64,000 bases of DNA, taken from NCBI GenBank assembly GCA_951406725.2, contig OX597819.1, positions 3,038,001-3,102,000 of the forward strand, written 5' to 3'. The stretch comes from Octopus vulgaris. Lineage: Eukaryota. The notes under the pieces were generated by a model. The model ran no database searches. It was not told the DNA's origin and saw only the letters and a list, made by a program, of their open reading frames with translations. Both the position numbers and the translations under genes were made by a program. Shown piece by piece: positions 1 to 12,819 of the stretch (positions are counted from its first letter, which is position 1; each line of letters starts with the position of its first letter).

Positions 1-264
1 CATTTTAAAGTCAGATCATCATCATCATCACCATCATTTTAATCTTCCTTTTTCCATGCTTGCATGGGTTGGATGGAGTTCATTTGAGGCTGATTTTCAA
101 TAGTTGAAGGCTCTTCCTGTCACCAGCTTTCACCTCTTTCCAAGTAAGATAATATTTCCCCAGGGCCAGACATATTTTCACAGACAATAGAAATAACACT
201 GCTTGCATGATAGCACACTCATTTACATCTATCTTGTGATGGAGACACACAACCATGCACGCAC

Positions 265-300
<36 letters not shown>

Positions 301-516
301 GGCTTTCAGTTTCCATTTGCCAAATCCACTCTTAAGGTCCTGGGATATAGCAGAATACACTTGCCCAAAATGTCACACAGTGGGACTGAACCAAGAACCA
401 AGTGGTTCAGAAGCAAACTTCTTACCATACAACCACACCTGCACCAGATATTTGCATTAATTATTGAAGTAAAGTATTTTATGGATTCATGGTATCTCTC
501 TTCTGTTAAATTATAG

Positions 517-840
517 GAGCACTCGTCAGTTACGACGACGAGGGTCCCAGGTGATGCTATCAACGGATCAGCTTGCTCGTGAAATTAATGTGCAAGTGGC
601 TGAGCCCTCAATTGACAAGTGTACCCCTAACGTAGTTCTCAGGGAGATTCAGCGTGACACAAAATGTGACAAGGATGGTCCTTTGAAATACAGGTACAAC
701 TCATTTTTGCCAGCTGAGTGGACTAGAGCAATGTGAAATAAAGTGTCTTGCTCAAGGACACAACGCATTGCCGGGAATTGAACTCACAACTTTACAATCG
801 TGAGCCGAATGCTCTAACCACTAAGCCATGTGCCTTTACC
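517..840 (-). mobile_element. tRNA-derived SINE family C with CORE-like segment (related copies at ~10247-10582, 12826-13135, 20600-20720, 40440-40595, 55745-56080)
   Basis: Head catggcttagtggttagagc...gagttcaattccc, then ttgagcaagacactttatttcac...ccactcagctg. Confidence 0.82.
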
Positions 841-1040
841 TTCTGTTAAATAGCAAAGAGAGAATGGTAGAGTTAAATTTCTTGACATTTCAATTTTAGA
901 AGTCTCTCCGAGTAGATAATAATTAACCTTGTTGACATTCAATTATTGATCTGATAATTAGTAGATTAACCATATTTAAATTAGATTTGATATCACACCA
1001 GATAATTAAATTCAATAATTAGGATTAACATAAAAACTAC

Positions 1041-1183
1041 CTGCTCCATAATGTATCGAATAAGAATTTGTTCTAATGGTGAGTACAAAGGAAAATTGTG
1101 TTTTGCCAATCCAGATCTCAATGACTGCCGAATTTTGCCAGCACCATATGACTGAACTGATTGTCCCCCTTCAATTGCAAATC
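1041..1183 (-). CDS. Actin-fold exon ((G)FAIEGGQSVQSYGAGKIRQSLRSGLAKHNFPLYSPLEQILIRYIMEQ); gene continues beyond the window
   Basis: ctcttttcacccacag acceptor, CAG|gtagtt donor, phase 1->0. Aligns to actin GYALPHA...AGRDLTDYL...EREIVRDIKEK. Confidence 0.9.
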
Positions 1184-1513
1184 CTGTGGGTGAAAAGAGA
1201 TGGAAACAAATGTCAGAACAGAAATAAATAATACATCACGTTATAATCATTAAGAGATATCGTATACTAACAGAGATATCGTATACTAACAGGGAAAGAA
1301 AATTTGAGCAGCAAGAAAACAGCAAATCATATTTTGAAGCTTACGTCTTAAAAGAGGCTAAATTTGATTGAAAAGATAAATTTGAATGTAGGGAGGGGGA
1401 AATGCATTATCAGGTATTTTAAAAATTGCTTTGTCTTCTATAGCCCTTTGAATGGATTTGGTAGATGAAAACTGAAAGAAGCCCATTGTATATGTGTGTG
1501 TGTGTGTGTGTGT

Positions 1514-1813
1514 CATCATCATCATCGTTTAACATCCGCTTTCCATGCTAGCATGGGTTGGACGGTTTGACTGGGGTCTGGTAAGCCATGGAGGCTGCAC
1601 CAGGCCCAGTCAGATCTGGCAATGTTTCTACAGCTGGATGCCCTTCCTAACGCCAACCACTCCGTGAGTGTAGTGGGTGCTTTTTACGTGTTAGATAAGG
1701 CTGGCAATGGCCACAATCGGATGGTGCTTTTTACGTGCCACCGGCATGGAGGCCATTCGTGGCGGCACTGGCAACGGCCACGTTCGGATGGTTCTCTTAC
1801 GTGCCACCGGCAC
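1514..1813 (-). mobile_element. Isolated RTE 3' tail (representative; further copies near 2.4-2.6, 10.0-10.2, 28.6-28.9, 29.6-30.0, 32.1-32.3, 46.0-46.2, 46.7-46.9, 56.3-56.6, 57.0-57.2 and 60.1-60.5 kb)
   Basis: Shared motif gagtggttggcgttaggaagggcatccagctgtagaaac...acccatgctagcatggaaa..gacgttaaa(gat)n, the same as the tail of the long copies. Confidence 0.85.
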
Positions 1814-1820
1814 GTACATG

Positions 1821-1856
<36 letters not shown>

Positions 1857-1958
1857 TGGACAAACAAAAGGAAGAGCACTCTACATATTTATTGGGAGTT
1901 ACATTTATTGTTCAAAACGGTCTGAATCAGATTCTGAATCAAACTGTTTTGAACAATA

Positions 1959-2188
1959 TATTGGGTTGTCCGGAAAGTTCTTGCCGATTTATAGTAGCTT
2001 ACCTTTTGACTTATTTTAGAACATGGTTGAGTCCATAAAATAGGATTTGACTACACCTCCATTTAGAGCACACTTTAAGCTATCTTTTCGTGGAAGAAGG
2101 TTTATGTTCCTATAACCTGTGTTAATTCTGTAACCCTTGAAAATGGAAGATAAGAAAGTTCATTTTTGGCACTTGATGCTTTGGGAAC
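1959..2188 (+). mobile_element. mariner 5' end fragment
   Basis: TA-TTGGGTTGTCCGGAAAGTTC terminus followed by MEDKKVHFWHLMLWE, a mariner transposase N-terminus. Confidence 0.7.
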
Positions 2189-2925
2189 CAGACAAAAATT
2201 ACTGCAGCTCGGCTGGGATGTGTTACCCCACCCTCCATATTCACCATCTTTGCTCTCTCTCTCTTTCCTCTCTTGCTCCTGCTGAGCTAGATATGTTTCT
2301 CCTCCTATTTCTGTCCTTCTTCAATACTCTAACCTCTCATCATCTGACACAAACCCACCTCCCTCAATGCCATTCTCAGATTGCTGGGTGGAGAGGGTCT
2401 TGTTTTTCCAGTTATTTGGCAAAAAACGTCCAGTACACTCTGCAAAATAGTTGGCATTTGGAGGGGCACCCAACTGTAGAAACCATGCCAAAACAGACAA
2501 CAGAGCTAGGTGCAGTCTTCTGGCTTGCCAGTTCCTGTCAAACCCTACAATCCATGCCAGCATGGAAAATAAATGTTAAATGAGGATGATGATGGATTAA
2601 TTCAAAATCTTTCTTATTAAATAAACAACTATTAAGATGTGTGACATTGCAATATAAACTTTATCATTATGAAATCTCAGAACAATTCAACATTAAAAAT
2701 GTTACTTCTTTTCAACCCAGTATACAAGCATATGTAAATCCACATATTGTAGGAGTAATGAAAGCTCTTCCCATTAGTGAATTTCATTATTATTATTATT
2801 ATTATTATTTTTGTCAATAAAGCAATCCCAATATTGCTGCTTCATGTCTAAAAATGTACTGAGCTTTTATAGTTGGGTCCCTAATCACAGTTTTTTTTTA
2901 CTTGCATTCATTTAAAATTCTCTCT

Positions 2926-3404
2926 TAACCCTTTTATTATCATATATCTGTTGATATACAATGCCTTTGTTTCAACTAATTTTGAAAATAACTTTGTCAT
3001 TATTTAACTGGAATTAGGAGCATAAATTGATATAAAATTTTGATGGGAGATTTTAATTTAGAACATTTTAAAACAGGAAGGTTGTATAATAGAACCAGGG
3101 GTGGTCTCAGGTAAGTTGGTATCAAAAGGGTTAGGATTCAAACCTCGTAGAATATTGTTTTGTCAGTGTAAAATATCTAACTCTTTCACATTCAGATTTC
3201 TGTATCAAATGTAATACTTATTTATTCACACTGATTGGAATTAGTCATGCATTACCTTGAAGCTTTGAGATTTCAATGATGTGATTATTTATTTTTAGAA
3301 TAATATTGTAGGGTAAGTGTGAGAGGCTGGATCTGGCCAGTTTGAAGATAAAACAAATAGATTATTTTGGTTGGATATAGCCAGTTTAAATGCAAAAGGG
3401 TTAA
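2926..3404. mobile_element. Two adjacent piggyBac-like MITEs (~2926-3133 and ~3177-3404)
   Basis: TTAACCCTTT...AAAGGGTTA(A) termini. Confidence 0.6.
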
Positions 3405-3464
3405 AGACATACAACTTAACATATGAATAATAAAAGGATAGTATAATAAAAAAATGTTACTTTC

Positions 3465-3657
3465 CATCATAAATAGGAATAACCTCCAGTCTTTCACCAA
3501 TATCAACCATTATACCAGATTTGGATTTGTAGGAATAGAGAGCTGTGATAGCTTGTGTTACCATACACACTCCTTGTACATGGAACCGGTTCATCAATAT
3601 TTTCATAATATTTTCCTTATCTTTTTTACTAATATTCAAAGGCATAACCAGCATGAC
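3465..3657 (-). CDS. Actin-fold connect-1/phosphate-2 exon (VMLVMPLN...TQAITALYSYKSKSGIMVDIGERLEVIPIYD)
   Basis: ttattttaaag acceptor. Aligns to actin VLLTEAPLN...[29 protein letters not shown]. The 3' boundary is inferred from homology (GA donor, see findings). Confidence 0.93.
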
Positions 3658-4599
3658 CTTTAAAATAAAGACAAAAACATGTTATAGACTATTGTGAAAA
3701 GAAAAAATGCATACAAAATAAACAAATTGGAATCATATAACTAATGAAATATTCTTTAAAAATATATTGTAATTATAAAAATTGTGGTGGTTGTGTGCTA
3801 AGAAGTTTGCTTCCTAACCACATGGTGTCAGGTTTAGTCCTACTGCATGGCACTTGGGCAAGTGTCTTCTGCTATAACCCCAGGTCAACCAAAGCTTTTT
3901 GAGTAGATTTGGTAGATGGAAACTGAAAGGATCCCATCGTGTGTGTTAGTCTTTGTGTCTACATTTGTGTTTGTCCCCTTGCCACTGTTTGACAGCCAGT
4001 GTTGGTTTGTTTATGTCCTCAAAACTTACCAATTTGGCAAAAACAATCAATAGAATAAATACCAGCTTAAAAAGAAAATAAGTACTGGGGTTGATTAGTT
4101 CAGCTAGAATTCTTCAAGGTGGTGCCCCAGTATGGCCACAGTCTAATGACTGAAACACATGAAAGATAAAAGATCATTTAATTAATAAAAAGAAAAGGTG
4201 GTAACAAGTGACATTCATTTTGTAGTACCTTCTCTTCTAGGGCATAATTCATTGTTGTTAGATGTGTGTAATGCGATATATAAGACAATTCTTTGGATGA
4301 TTTTTCTTTCTTGCACTATATACATGTTGAGATGGTCTGGACACATATTTCCTCCCCTCCTGCAAAGGCTTCTTATTTTCCTCTCTTCTAACTTTGGTTT
4401 CTCTTTCATAAAATATTCCACAGATTCATCAGATATAGATGCCACTCTTATGTTCTTGCCATTGTTGGCTAAATTTAATTCAGGTAAAGAATTTTAAAAA
4501 TTTGGTGTTACTTTCAAACACAGTTTCTAATACACTACAAATTCTCTGAATTTTTTTTTCAGACAAATTGAGACACAATGGGTTTTGGTTTAATCTCTA

Positions 4600-5600
4600 A
4601 CTCAAGAACGACTGTAGCTTCATATAATGGTTAAGGTATTTGTAATATATAAAGAACTTATCATATACAGTGCCCAGGTGTACTACAATTCATCAGAAAT
4701 AGAAACCAAAGCTGCATGAACACTACAGAGAATATGCACAAGAAGTGAACAGCAGATGAGTCTTTAAAAAAGAAAAATACGGGGGTTAGGGGCATCAGGG
4801 GTTAGGGGCATCAGGGGTTAGGGGCATCAGGGGTTAGGGGCATCAGGGGTTAGGGGCATCAGGTGTACTGTTGGTGAATTTCAAGAAGCTTGGCAGTTTT
4901 GAAGGATATTGTGCCCTGACAGATAACAACTGACGTGGGTAGTTTATTCTAAGCTTCAGCAATTCTGAGTGTGAAAAAATGTCTCTGGAAGTCATGGATG
5001 CTGTGTTGTCTGATTTTGTAAGCATGTCAATGAATGTAAGAAATATGGAATTCAAAAAGATGCCCAAAGGTTGTTGTTGAAAAGATGGTTAATAATCTTG
5101 TGGATGTCTGTCAAGTCAGTTACCAGACATTGGAGCTTTAATGTGTCCACACCCAGGGAAACAATATGTCCAGAGTAGGGTTGATACTTGACGGTGGGTA
5201 TAATTCAGGAATACAAACTTCAAGTGACTCATTTTGTCTATATAATCTGACATACTGAAGATTAATTTGCCTGATAACATAGGCATTAGACAATTCCCTT
5301 CTACACACACTGAACACAAGATAGAGAGATAGTTTTAAGTACAGTTCAGCAGCTGATGGCTTTCAGTATTTTGATGTTTTGAAACCCACCTCTGTCTTTC
5401 ACATCAAAACATCAAGGAATGATAGTTGGTTATTGAATTATGCAGTGAGTTCATGAGGTCTGCATGAAATTGGACATCCTCTGGGTATTATCAGAATATG
5501 TGTTATCAACCTGTATTAACCAGGCTGTGAGCGTTTGTGAGTAACTTTATGCTAATCAGTTGGGTGAACTTTCTCTGGATGCCATCTTGGATGGCTGACT
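4600..5600 (-). mobile_element. Degraded Penelope-like retroelement
   Basis: FNNQLSFLDVLM*KTEVGFKTS near 5380-5435 resembles the Penelope RT motif LPFLDVL...F.T. A downstream DYIDK segment resembles a degenerate GIY-YIG motif. Confidence 0.6.
4782..4861 (+). repeat. 16-bp tandem repeat GGGGTTAGGGGCATCA x5
   Basis: Five exact copies read directly. Confidence 0.95.
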
Positions 5601-5769
5601 GAAACAGCAAAACTGTTTCAGTTGTGAGAGAAATATATATATATATATATGTATGTATATATATGTATATATACTAATCAAAGTGTACAAAATTACATAT
5701 CTATTATAGCCAATCAGTTTCATGCTAAGGGTTCAACAAGGTGTTAGATAACAGTCCGATTAGATAACC

Positions 5770-6828
5770 CTGCACTCTTCCTCAACATCAGTAGAAAGAT
5801 GGTGAAAGAGGTCAGAAAGGAGTTGGAAGATTCAGGATTCAACTACGAGGTGACAGTAGGGATGAAAGCTCATTATTGATGATCTAATGCTATCAGAATG
5901 CTGGAATTTGTCACTGAAATCCAGAAGGTCCTCAACAATGATCTCAGCAAGCTGATGCATGCCATCGTCTGGAAGGAAGGTGTGGATGAAATGCTCATCA
6001 GGCAGGTGGTGCATGAGAACATTCACTACTTTTCATACAAGATGAATTTCTTTCCAAGGCAATGCAGGAAAAACAACTGAAGCACACCAAGAAGCTAATC
6101 AAGTTGAAACACTCACTGGAGCGAGACAGGCTGTGGTTCTTCTCTGATGAGAAGAATTTCTGCCAACACCAGAAGATCAACTCCCAGAATAATAGGTAGC
6201 TTTCTGTCTCACCCAAGGACGTGCCCAGAGTCATGCAGATGAAATTTCCAGTGACAATCATAAACTTTGGTGTTGTCAGCAGTGAAGGTGACACCATGCA
6301 GCCCCATTTCTTCTCTGAGAGCCTCAAGCTGAACACCAACGGCTACATCCCTGTTCTGAGTGAGGTTGTGAAGTTCTGGATTGACTGAGTAGCTGCAGGG
6401 AGGCTATACATATGGCAGCAAAGCTCTGTGTCCTGCCACACCAGCTAGAAGACCTAGTCCTGGTTGTTGGATAATTTCTTCAATTATACAGCACCTGACA
6501 TTTGGGCTCCCAACTTGCCTGACTGCAACCCACTCAACTTGTTTGTGTGAGGCACAGTGGAATGAGAGACCAATAAATTTAGTTGCAATATGAAAGGTAA
6601 GCTGAGGACCAGGATTACAAGGGCCTTCAAAGGGTCTAAAGTGGCCAGTTCTAAGGTTGCCTGGGGGCTGTTATCAAGGTCAAAGGTGGGTTCATTGAGG
6701 GAGATTAACAGAACATGTCATGAAGATAAACTGACTCAAATTTGATGAATACATCACAAAAAATAAAAACATTGTTTTAGTTTTTCCTGAGACAGTCATC
6801 AAGCAAATGAATACTGTCAGCACCCTAT
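5770..6828 (+). mobile_element. Tc1/mariner-superfamily (maT/DD37D-like) transposase pseudogene
   Basis: WFFSDEKNF, FGVVSSEG, YIWQQSSVSCHTS and WAPNLPDCNPL motifs with in-frame stops. Right end cagcacccta-ta. Confidence 0.85.
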
Positions 6829-7325
6829 ATATACATATACACCTATACTTGTACATTATCCTTCAATATACACACACATATTCTTTTAAGTGGTAGGAGA
6901 GAATTTAGATTGCTTTTTGTAAACAGATGCAAGCAGCACACATAACTCTAGCATTTGAGTCAGAGTCAATGCTGCCGAAATGTTTGTTTTGTAACTTATA
7001 AAATTATGAAGATGTATCTTCTAGAAAATGATAAAAACATTACACTGATAACAATGTGGCTTTTGATAGTCTAAAATTTATCTTCATTATGTGTTGATCT
7101 AATTCTTACTCATTGCTATCAAGCAATGATATAATTCCTAACGATATCGATGTCTTGCTAACAACTTACACATGCAAGTACTACCAGTCAAGAACTCTGC
7201 ATACTAGAAGCCAGCAAGTGTATGGGGTCATCAGGAGAGAATGCATGCCATTTCGGGGCCTACCTCTCAAATTAGGTTTACATAAATTTTCACCCATTCA
7301 GCAAAGGAAGGTTGTAATTTCTTAC

Positions 7326-7406
7326 TTGATAATCTGGAGGTTTTATTTTCAAATCCTGGAAGATAGCTGAGAAAACGGATGGAAAGATTTCATATTCAAT
7401 TTTGAA
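7326..7406 (-). CDS. Actin-fold exon (FKIEYEIFPSVFSAIFQDLKIKPPDYQ)
   Basis: tttttatatttcag acceptor, gtaaga donor, phase 0->0. Aligns to actin IWHHTFYNELRVAPEEHP. Confidence 0.9.
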
Positions 7407-8419
7407 CTGAAATATAAAAAAGATTTCAACAATTTTAGTCTTTTCCATAAACAATTTGAAGAGAAAAATCTAACATTCAGAACTTTATCAGAAACTTAGC
7501 ACGAAACAAAATTACAAAAAAGCAATGATTTTTACACAGACACTTGGCAGAAGCTTGGCTCCAAACAAAATTAAAAATAAGCAACAACTTTTATACAAAC
7601 ACTGGATATGTATGAAAAATAACTTCACACACACATACACACATTTTACCTATGTTTAAACAGGTAAATTCATTCAATACAGTCTGTTATAAAAACCAGA
7701 TTTTTAAAAAGTAAAATCAGAATGATTCATTTTTCTCAATAAAAGAGAAGAAATTAAAAATAATATTTTCTAATATATTGAAAGTTCAAGTGCTTGTTTT
7801 TATGAGAAAAACTGCTTTGATAACTCAATGGAATTTTAAACAAAATGCATTTTCACTGTCCATATTGATGTCAAGTTTTGGCACAAGGCCAGCAATTGTG
7901 AGGGAGGATGCAAATTGATTATATCAATCCTAGTACTCAACTGGTACATATTTCTATCAACTCTGAAAGGCTGAAAGACAAAGTTGATTCTTCTCATGTA
8001 GATGCCACAGCACGTTTTGCCTATATCAATATTTATAAATATATTGATATGTTGTAAATATATTGTTACTAACACTAGTCTACAACAAGCAGAGCTCCAT
8101 ACTTGAACACCTGGTGTTTATTAATAGTATTTATAAAATAATAGTAATGGACTTCTTGTGGTTTGTTAGGGTGTGGTAAATTATAGCATGTGAACTACAA
8201 GATAAAAGCATCTAGCCATGTATACTGACAAATGTAGATGTATATACAGATATATTGACTTTGGCCATGCTGGAGCACTGCATTTAGTCGAGAAAATCAA
8301 CCCCAGGACTTATTCTTTGTAAGCCTAGTACTTATTCTATCGGTCTCTTTTGCTGAACCACTAAGTTACGGGGACGTAAACACACCAGCATCAGTTATCG
8401 AGTAATTTTGGGGGGACAA

Positions 8420-8458
<39 letters not shown>

Positions 8459-8849
8459 CGATGGGCTTCTTTCTGTCCAACGGATGGTGCTGAGTTGTCA
8501 AACATTTAAACCAAATTTTCTCAAAACAACTTGTCCGACCGTCCCATAGGCCTCCCCTTTGAGAAACACTGATTTAACCTAAATTGAGACACCAGCAAAA
8601 GAAGAAATAAAGATAGACTTTTTTTCTATTCCAAAGAAAAACGATTTTATTCACACAAATATGCAACCGAAGAGTTTAAAGTACCAGTAATGATAAGGCT
8701 GTTGACTGGGAGAACACAAACATGGTTTAAACAGTAAGCTTGGCAGGAAAGAAACGTGCCTTTAAGCAGAACAAAAATAACAAAAAATGGAAGGTGCAGT
8801 TATGTACAAGTTGATGGAATAAAAGCAGGACAAAAATGGCTTTATCAAT

Positions 8850-9008
8850 CACATTCTCACCTGGAATCGATTTTTGTAATGTTTTCAAGATTTATACACG
8901 CCCTGATACCGTCGCTATTTACATATCAAATTTGAGCGCAATCGAATGGAGGATGCCTGAGATCCTAGAAGACATACACACAGACAGACAGAACGGATTT
9001 TATAGATA
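8850..9008 (-). mobile_element. Helitron-like non-autonomous fragment (5' end)
   Basis: Minus strand begins TCTATAAAATCCGTTCTGTCTGTCTGTGTG, similar in style to the Helitron 5' ends at 16968 and 18721. Confidence 0.45.
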
Positions 9009-10208
9009 ATACTTTGCAGGTGTAGGCATGGCTGTGTGGTAAGAAGCCTGCTTCCCAACCACAAGGTTCCAGGTTCAGTCCTGCTGCATGGTATTTACGG
9101 CAGATGTTTTCCACTATAGCCTTGGGCTGACTAAAAGCCTTGTGAGTGGATTTGGTAGATGGAAACTGAAAGAAGCCCATTGTGTGTGTCTTTGTCCCCA
9201 ATCAAGCAACCAAGAAGCCTGTTGTATGTATATATCTATGTGTGTGTCTTTGTGTTTGTTCCCCCCCATCACTGCTTGACAACCGGTGTTGGTGTGTTTA
9301 TGTCCCTGTAACTTAGCTGTTCGGCAAATGAGTCCAATAGAATAAGTACTAGGCTTAAAAAAATAAGTAAAAGAACAAAAGGATAAAAAACCATTGCATT
9401 GTTGAGGCGATGATGGGAGATTTGCCTTCATCTATTGTCTAATTTACAAGGAGAGTTTTGTATATGAATGTAGACAGTTGCATACAGACTGCCTTTAATC
9501 CCTGGAGAACTGAACAAAGTGCCTTGTGGTATTTGTTCTGACTCCTTACAATCTGAATTTAAATTCTGGCACAGTATTCTTGCTCTTTCATCCATTTCAA
9601 TCAAGTACTAGGGTCAATTTAATCAATGAATTGCCCCAGCACCCCTGAACACTCATTAAAATTTACAAAACTATTGGTTTACAAAGCTAGCTGGCTTTTG
9701 ACTCAGAACATTACTATAGAATGATTTTTAAATTTACTGTTATGCAGCCATAAAAATTCAAGATGAGGAAAATATGACTCACATATTATAAATATTATAT
9801 TCCTCATCTGTTTATCCATGAAGTGCTGATAATTTAAAATGGATGGATCTTGCAGAAAAAGGAGACCTAAGAAGACATGGGATGAAGTATTGAAGGCTGA
9901 TCTCAAGACACTGAGCCCTATGTGGGAGATGACTTTGGACTGAGATACCTGGCGCATTGCTATACTCAAAAAGATCCATCTGTTACAGCAGAATTGATAC
10001 TGGTGCCTGTACCACATAAAAAGCACTGGTGCCATGTTAAAAGCACCCAGTGCACTCTGTGGATTGGTTGGCATTAAGAAGGGCATCCAGCCATAGAAAT
10101 CATGTCAGAACAAACTATGGAGCCTGGTCCGGCCCCTGACCTCACAAGTTCTGGTTGAAGCATCCAACCCATGCCAATATAGAAAACAGATGTTAAGTGA
10201 TGATGATG

Positions 10209-10245
<37 letters not shown>

Positions 10246-10914
10246 CTGAGACCCCCTTCGGTCATGACACAGACCATGGGATTGCACCTAGAAAGTTACC
10301 CTCCCAGGCACAAGTCCGAGCAAGTTTGTTTATTGAAGACCAGCAGTCACCCATGCATACCGACCTCCCCTCTCCATTCCACGAGTGTTATCCAAGGGAA
10401 AGGGAAAGGGGCCGATACAGCTTGGCACCAGTGATGTTGCAACTCATTTACAGCTGAGTAAACTGGAACAACGTGAAATAAAGTGTCTTGCTCAAGAACA
10501 CAACACACAGCCCGGTCCGGGATTCGAGCTCACAACCTCATGATTGTAAGCTCGACTCTCTAACCACTGAGCCATGCACCTTCACACACTTCATGTGTGT
10601 GAATGTATACATATATTAATGTATGTATAGTTATATATGTGAGAGTGTTTGTGTTTATGTATACCCATGTGTAGACATCTTGTGATGGTTGTAATCATCA
10701 TCGTCATACAAATGAGATTGTTCATTTCCAGCCTTCTATGAAAAACATGTCTATCTATGGGAAAATACAACATTGCTTAGAAACAGGTCAGAGTTGGTGA
10801 CAGGAAGGGCATCTGGCCAAAGAAAATCTGCCTCAATAAATTCACCTGACCCATGAAAGTATGGAAAAGTAGTTGTTAATTGATCATATATGTGTATGTG
10901 CATTTGTGTGTGAG

Positions 10915-11240
10915 CATATTCTACGACACCCTATTGCAGACTACCTCGTTGACAAATGACATGGACCTTCTCTTTGTGGCAGGTGACTTCAATGGACATG
11001 TTGGACGGCACATCGGGGGCTTCCATGACGTACATGGAGGCTACTGTTTTGGTTCTCGCAATGAGGAGGGAACCAGGCTGCTGGAATTCTGCAATGCAAA
11101 TGACCTTATGGTTTGCAATACCAACTTCAGGAAACCCACCTCTCACCTAGTCACCTACCGTTCTAGCAGACACACTAGCCAGTTGACTACATCCTCGCCA
11201 GAAAGAGGGAAAGAGGGCTGCTTATAAATGCCAAAACCTT
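10915..11240 (+). mobile_element. RTE LINE apurinic endonuclease fragment
   Basis: AGDFNGHVG, RNEEGTRLLEFC and NTNFRKP..HLVTY are APE-domain motifs. Confidence 0.88.
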
Positions 11241-11341
11241 TATAAAAAAATGCTTTTCTTGAAATGTGAGCATCCACTGTTTCATTCCACATCCTCCTCA
11301 ATTGAATGTTAGCAAGAAAAGGTATTACAGTGATCTCTTAC

Positions 11342-11490
11342 CTTATCTACTTTGTCCGAAAGTCCAAATACATGCATGATCTTTGAAGAAAGACGATTCT
11401 TGGGTTTATAAGCTTCAAATCCAACAAAATGCTTCTTTTCAGAATAGTTTACTGCAACAACACTAGGGAAGAAGATCTGAGGCAAAGTGA
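11342..11490 (-). CDS. Actin-fold subdomain-2 exon ((V)TLPQIFFPSVVAVNYSEKKHFVGFEAY...DKVDK)
   Basis: tctgttacag acceptor, AAG|gtaaga donor, phase 1->0. Aligns to actin PRAVFPSIVG...YVGDEA. Confidence 0.92.
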
Positions 11491-12769
11491 CTGTAACAGA
11501 AAGTGTGGAGTCAATGAAGCGTTGGAAATGTTTGTCTGTGAATATTGAGGGGGGGGGGAAATGTGTTTAATGTCTGAGCATATAAAGAAAATAACAAGTA
11601 AAAGTGTATCACTTAATTGGCTGAAAGAATATCAGGATTTGCCAGAATTTAAAAACCTGCTCAAGCTTTTGGTACATAAACATCATTAAACAAAAATACA
11701 GATGTTACAAATCATAGTGGATAAATTTAGCAATAAGTAGGCTTAAGGGAAATTAAGTTCCTTGGATATTCAAGAAGAAATAGGTTTTCTGAATTGGAAA
11801 CTGTATAACTGATCTATATGTCAGCTTATAGATTAATAAATCTAATTTATGAATGATTAATTGAAATTAGAAGAGGAGGCTTCTAACAGTGATTCACTGG
11901 AAGTACTATCCAAATCATAGGAATAAAATAATAATCAGAAAAATATCAAAAACCATTTCAATTTTGTTGATTATAATTAAAACAGAAAATTATCACATTT
12001 TTTATTGTTCAGTTTGGATGGTGTTTTACAGCAGAATAAGCTGGATATATATATCACAGTATTGATTAGACCATCAGATGCTGTGATACACCATTGGTCA
12101 CAATGCACTTCCAATTTTGTCTTGATTGTGCCATTCTTTTCCAACTCGATCCAAATTGCTTGACTAAATTGCATTCCCATTGTCATGGATGCCTTCCAAG
12201 AGGCCTTTTCCAATCTCTTGGCTACCACTCAGCAGCTGCACAGGTCCATCTGCTGTCTGTCAATCTTGCAACACAATCTCCTCTTCAAGTGTCACTAGCA
12301 TTCAGATGGCTTTAACTTATATTAATTTGTTTGTTTAACATTTCTTTTTCCATGCCAACATAGGGGTCGGATGGGGAATCTTTTGAGGTGGGACATTATG
12401 GCCAGGTGTTCCTCCCATTGCCACTTATTTTTTTATTCAGAAAGTGCGGAGTGACCAGTCACAATGTCAACATCATAACTGTTTTTCTCATATGGTGTTA
12501 AGCGTGGAATTAACACTTATGCATATGTGTGCACACACATGCATGCATACACACACACACACGTATATATTTTGTAGGTTTTCTACAATTTCTGTATACC
12601 AAATTCACTCACAAGGCATTAGGTGGCCTGGGGCTACAGTAGAAGACACATGCTACATTTATATGATGTGATCTCATGTTCAATGAAACTATTGGATGTT
12701 GTTATACATCCTGGTCACAATGTATTTTACATAATTTTAGCAGCTTTCAAATGATGCTAATTATGTGTG

Positions 12770-12819
<50 letters not shown>

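Noticed and set aside
517-840. tRNA genes suggested by box A/B motifs
   Set aside because: They are heads of multicopy SINEs, with no full cloverleaf evident.
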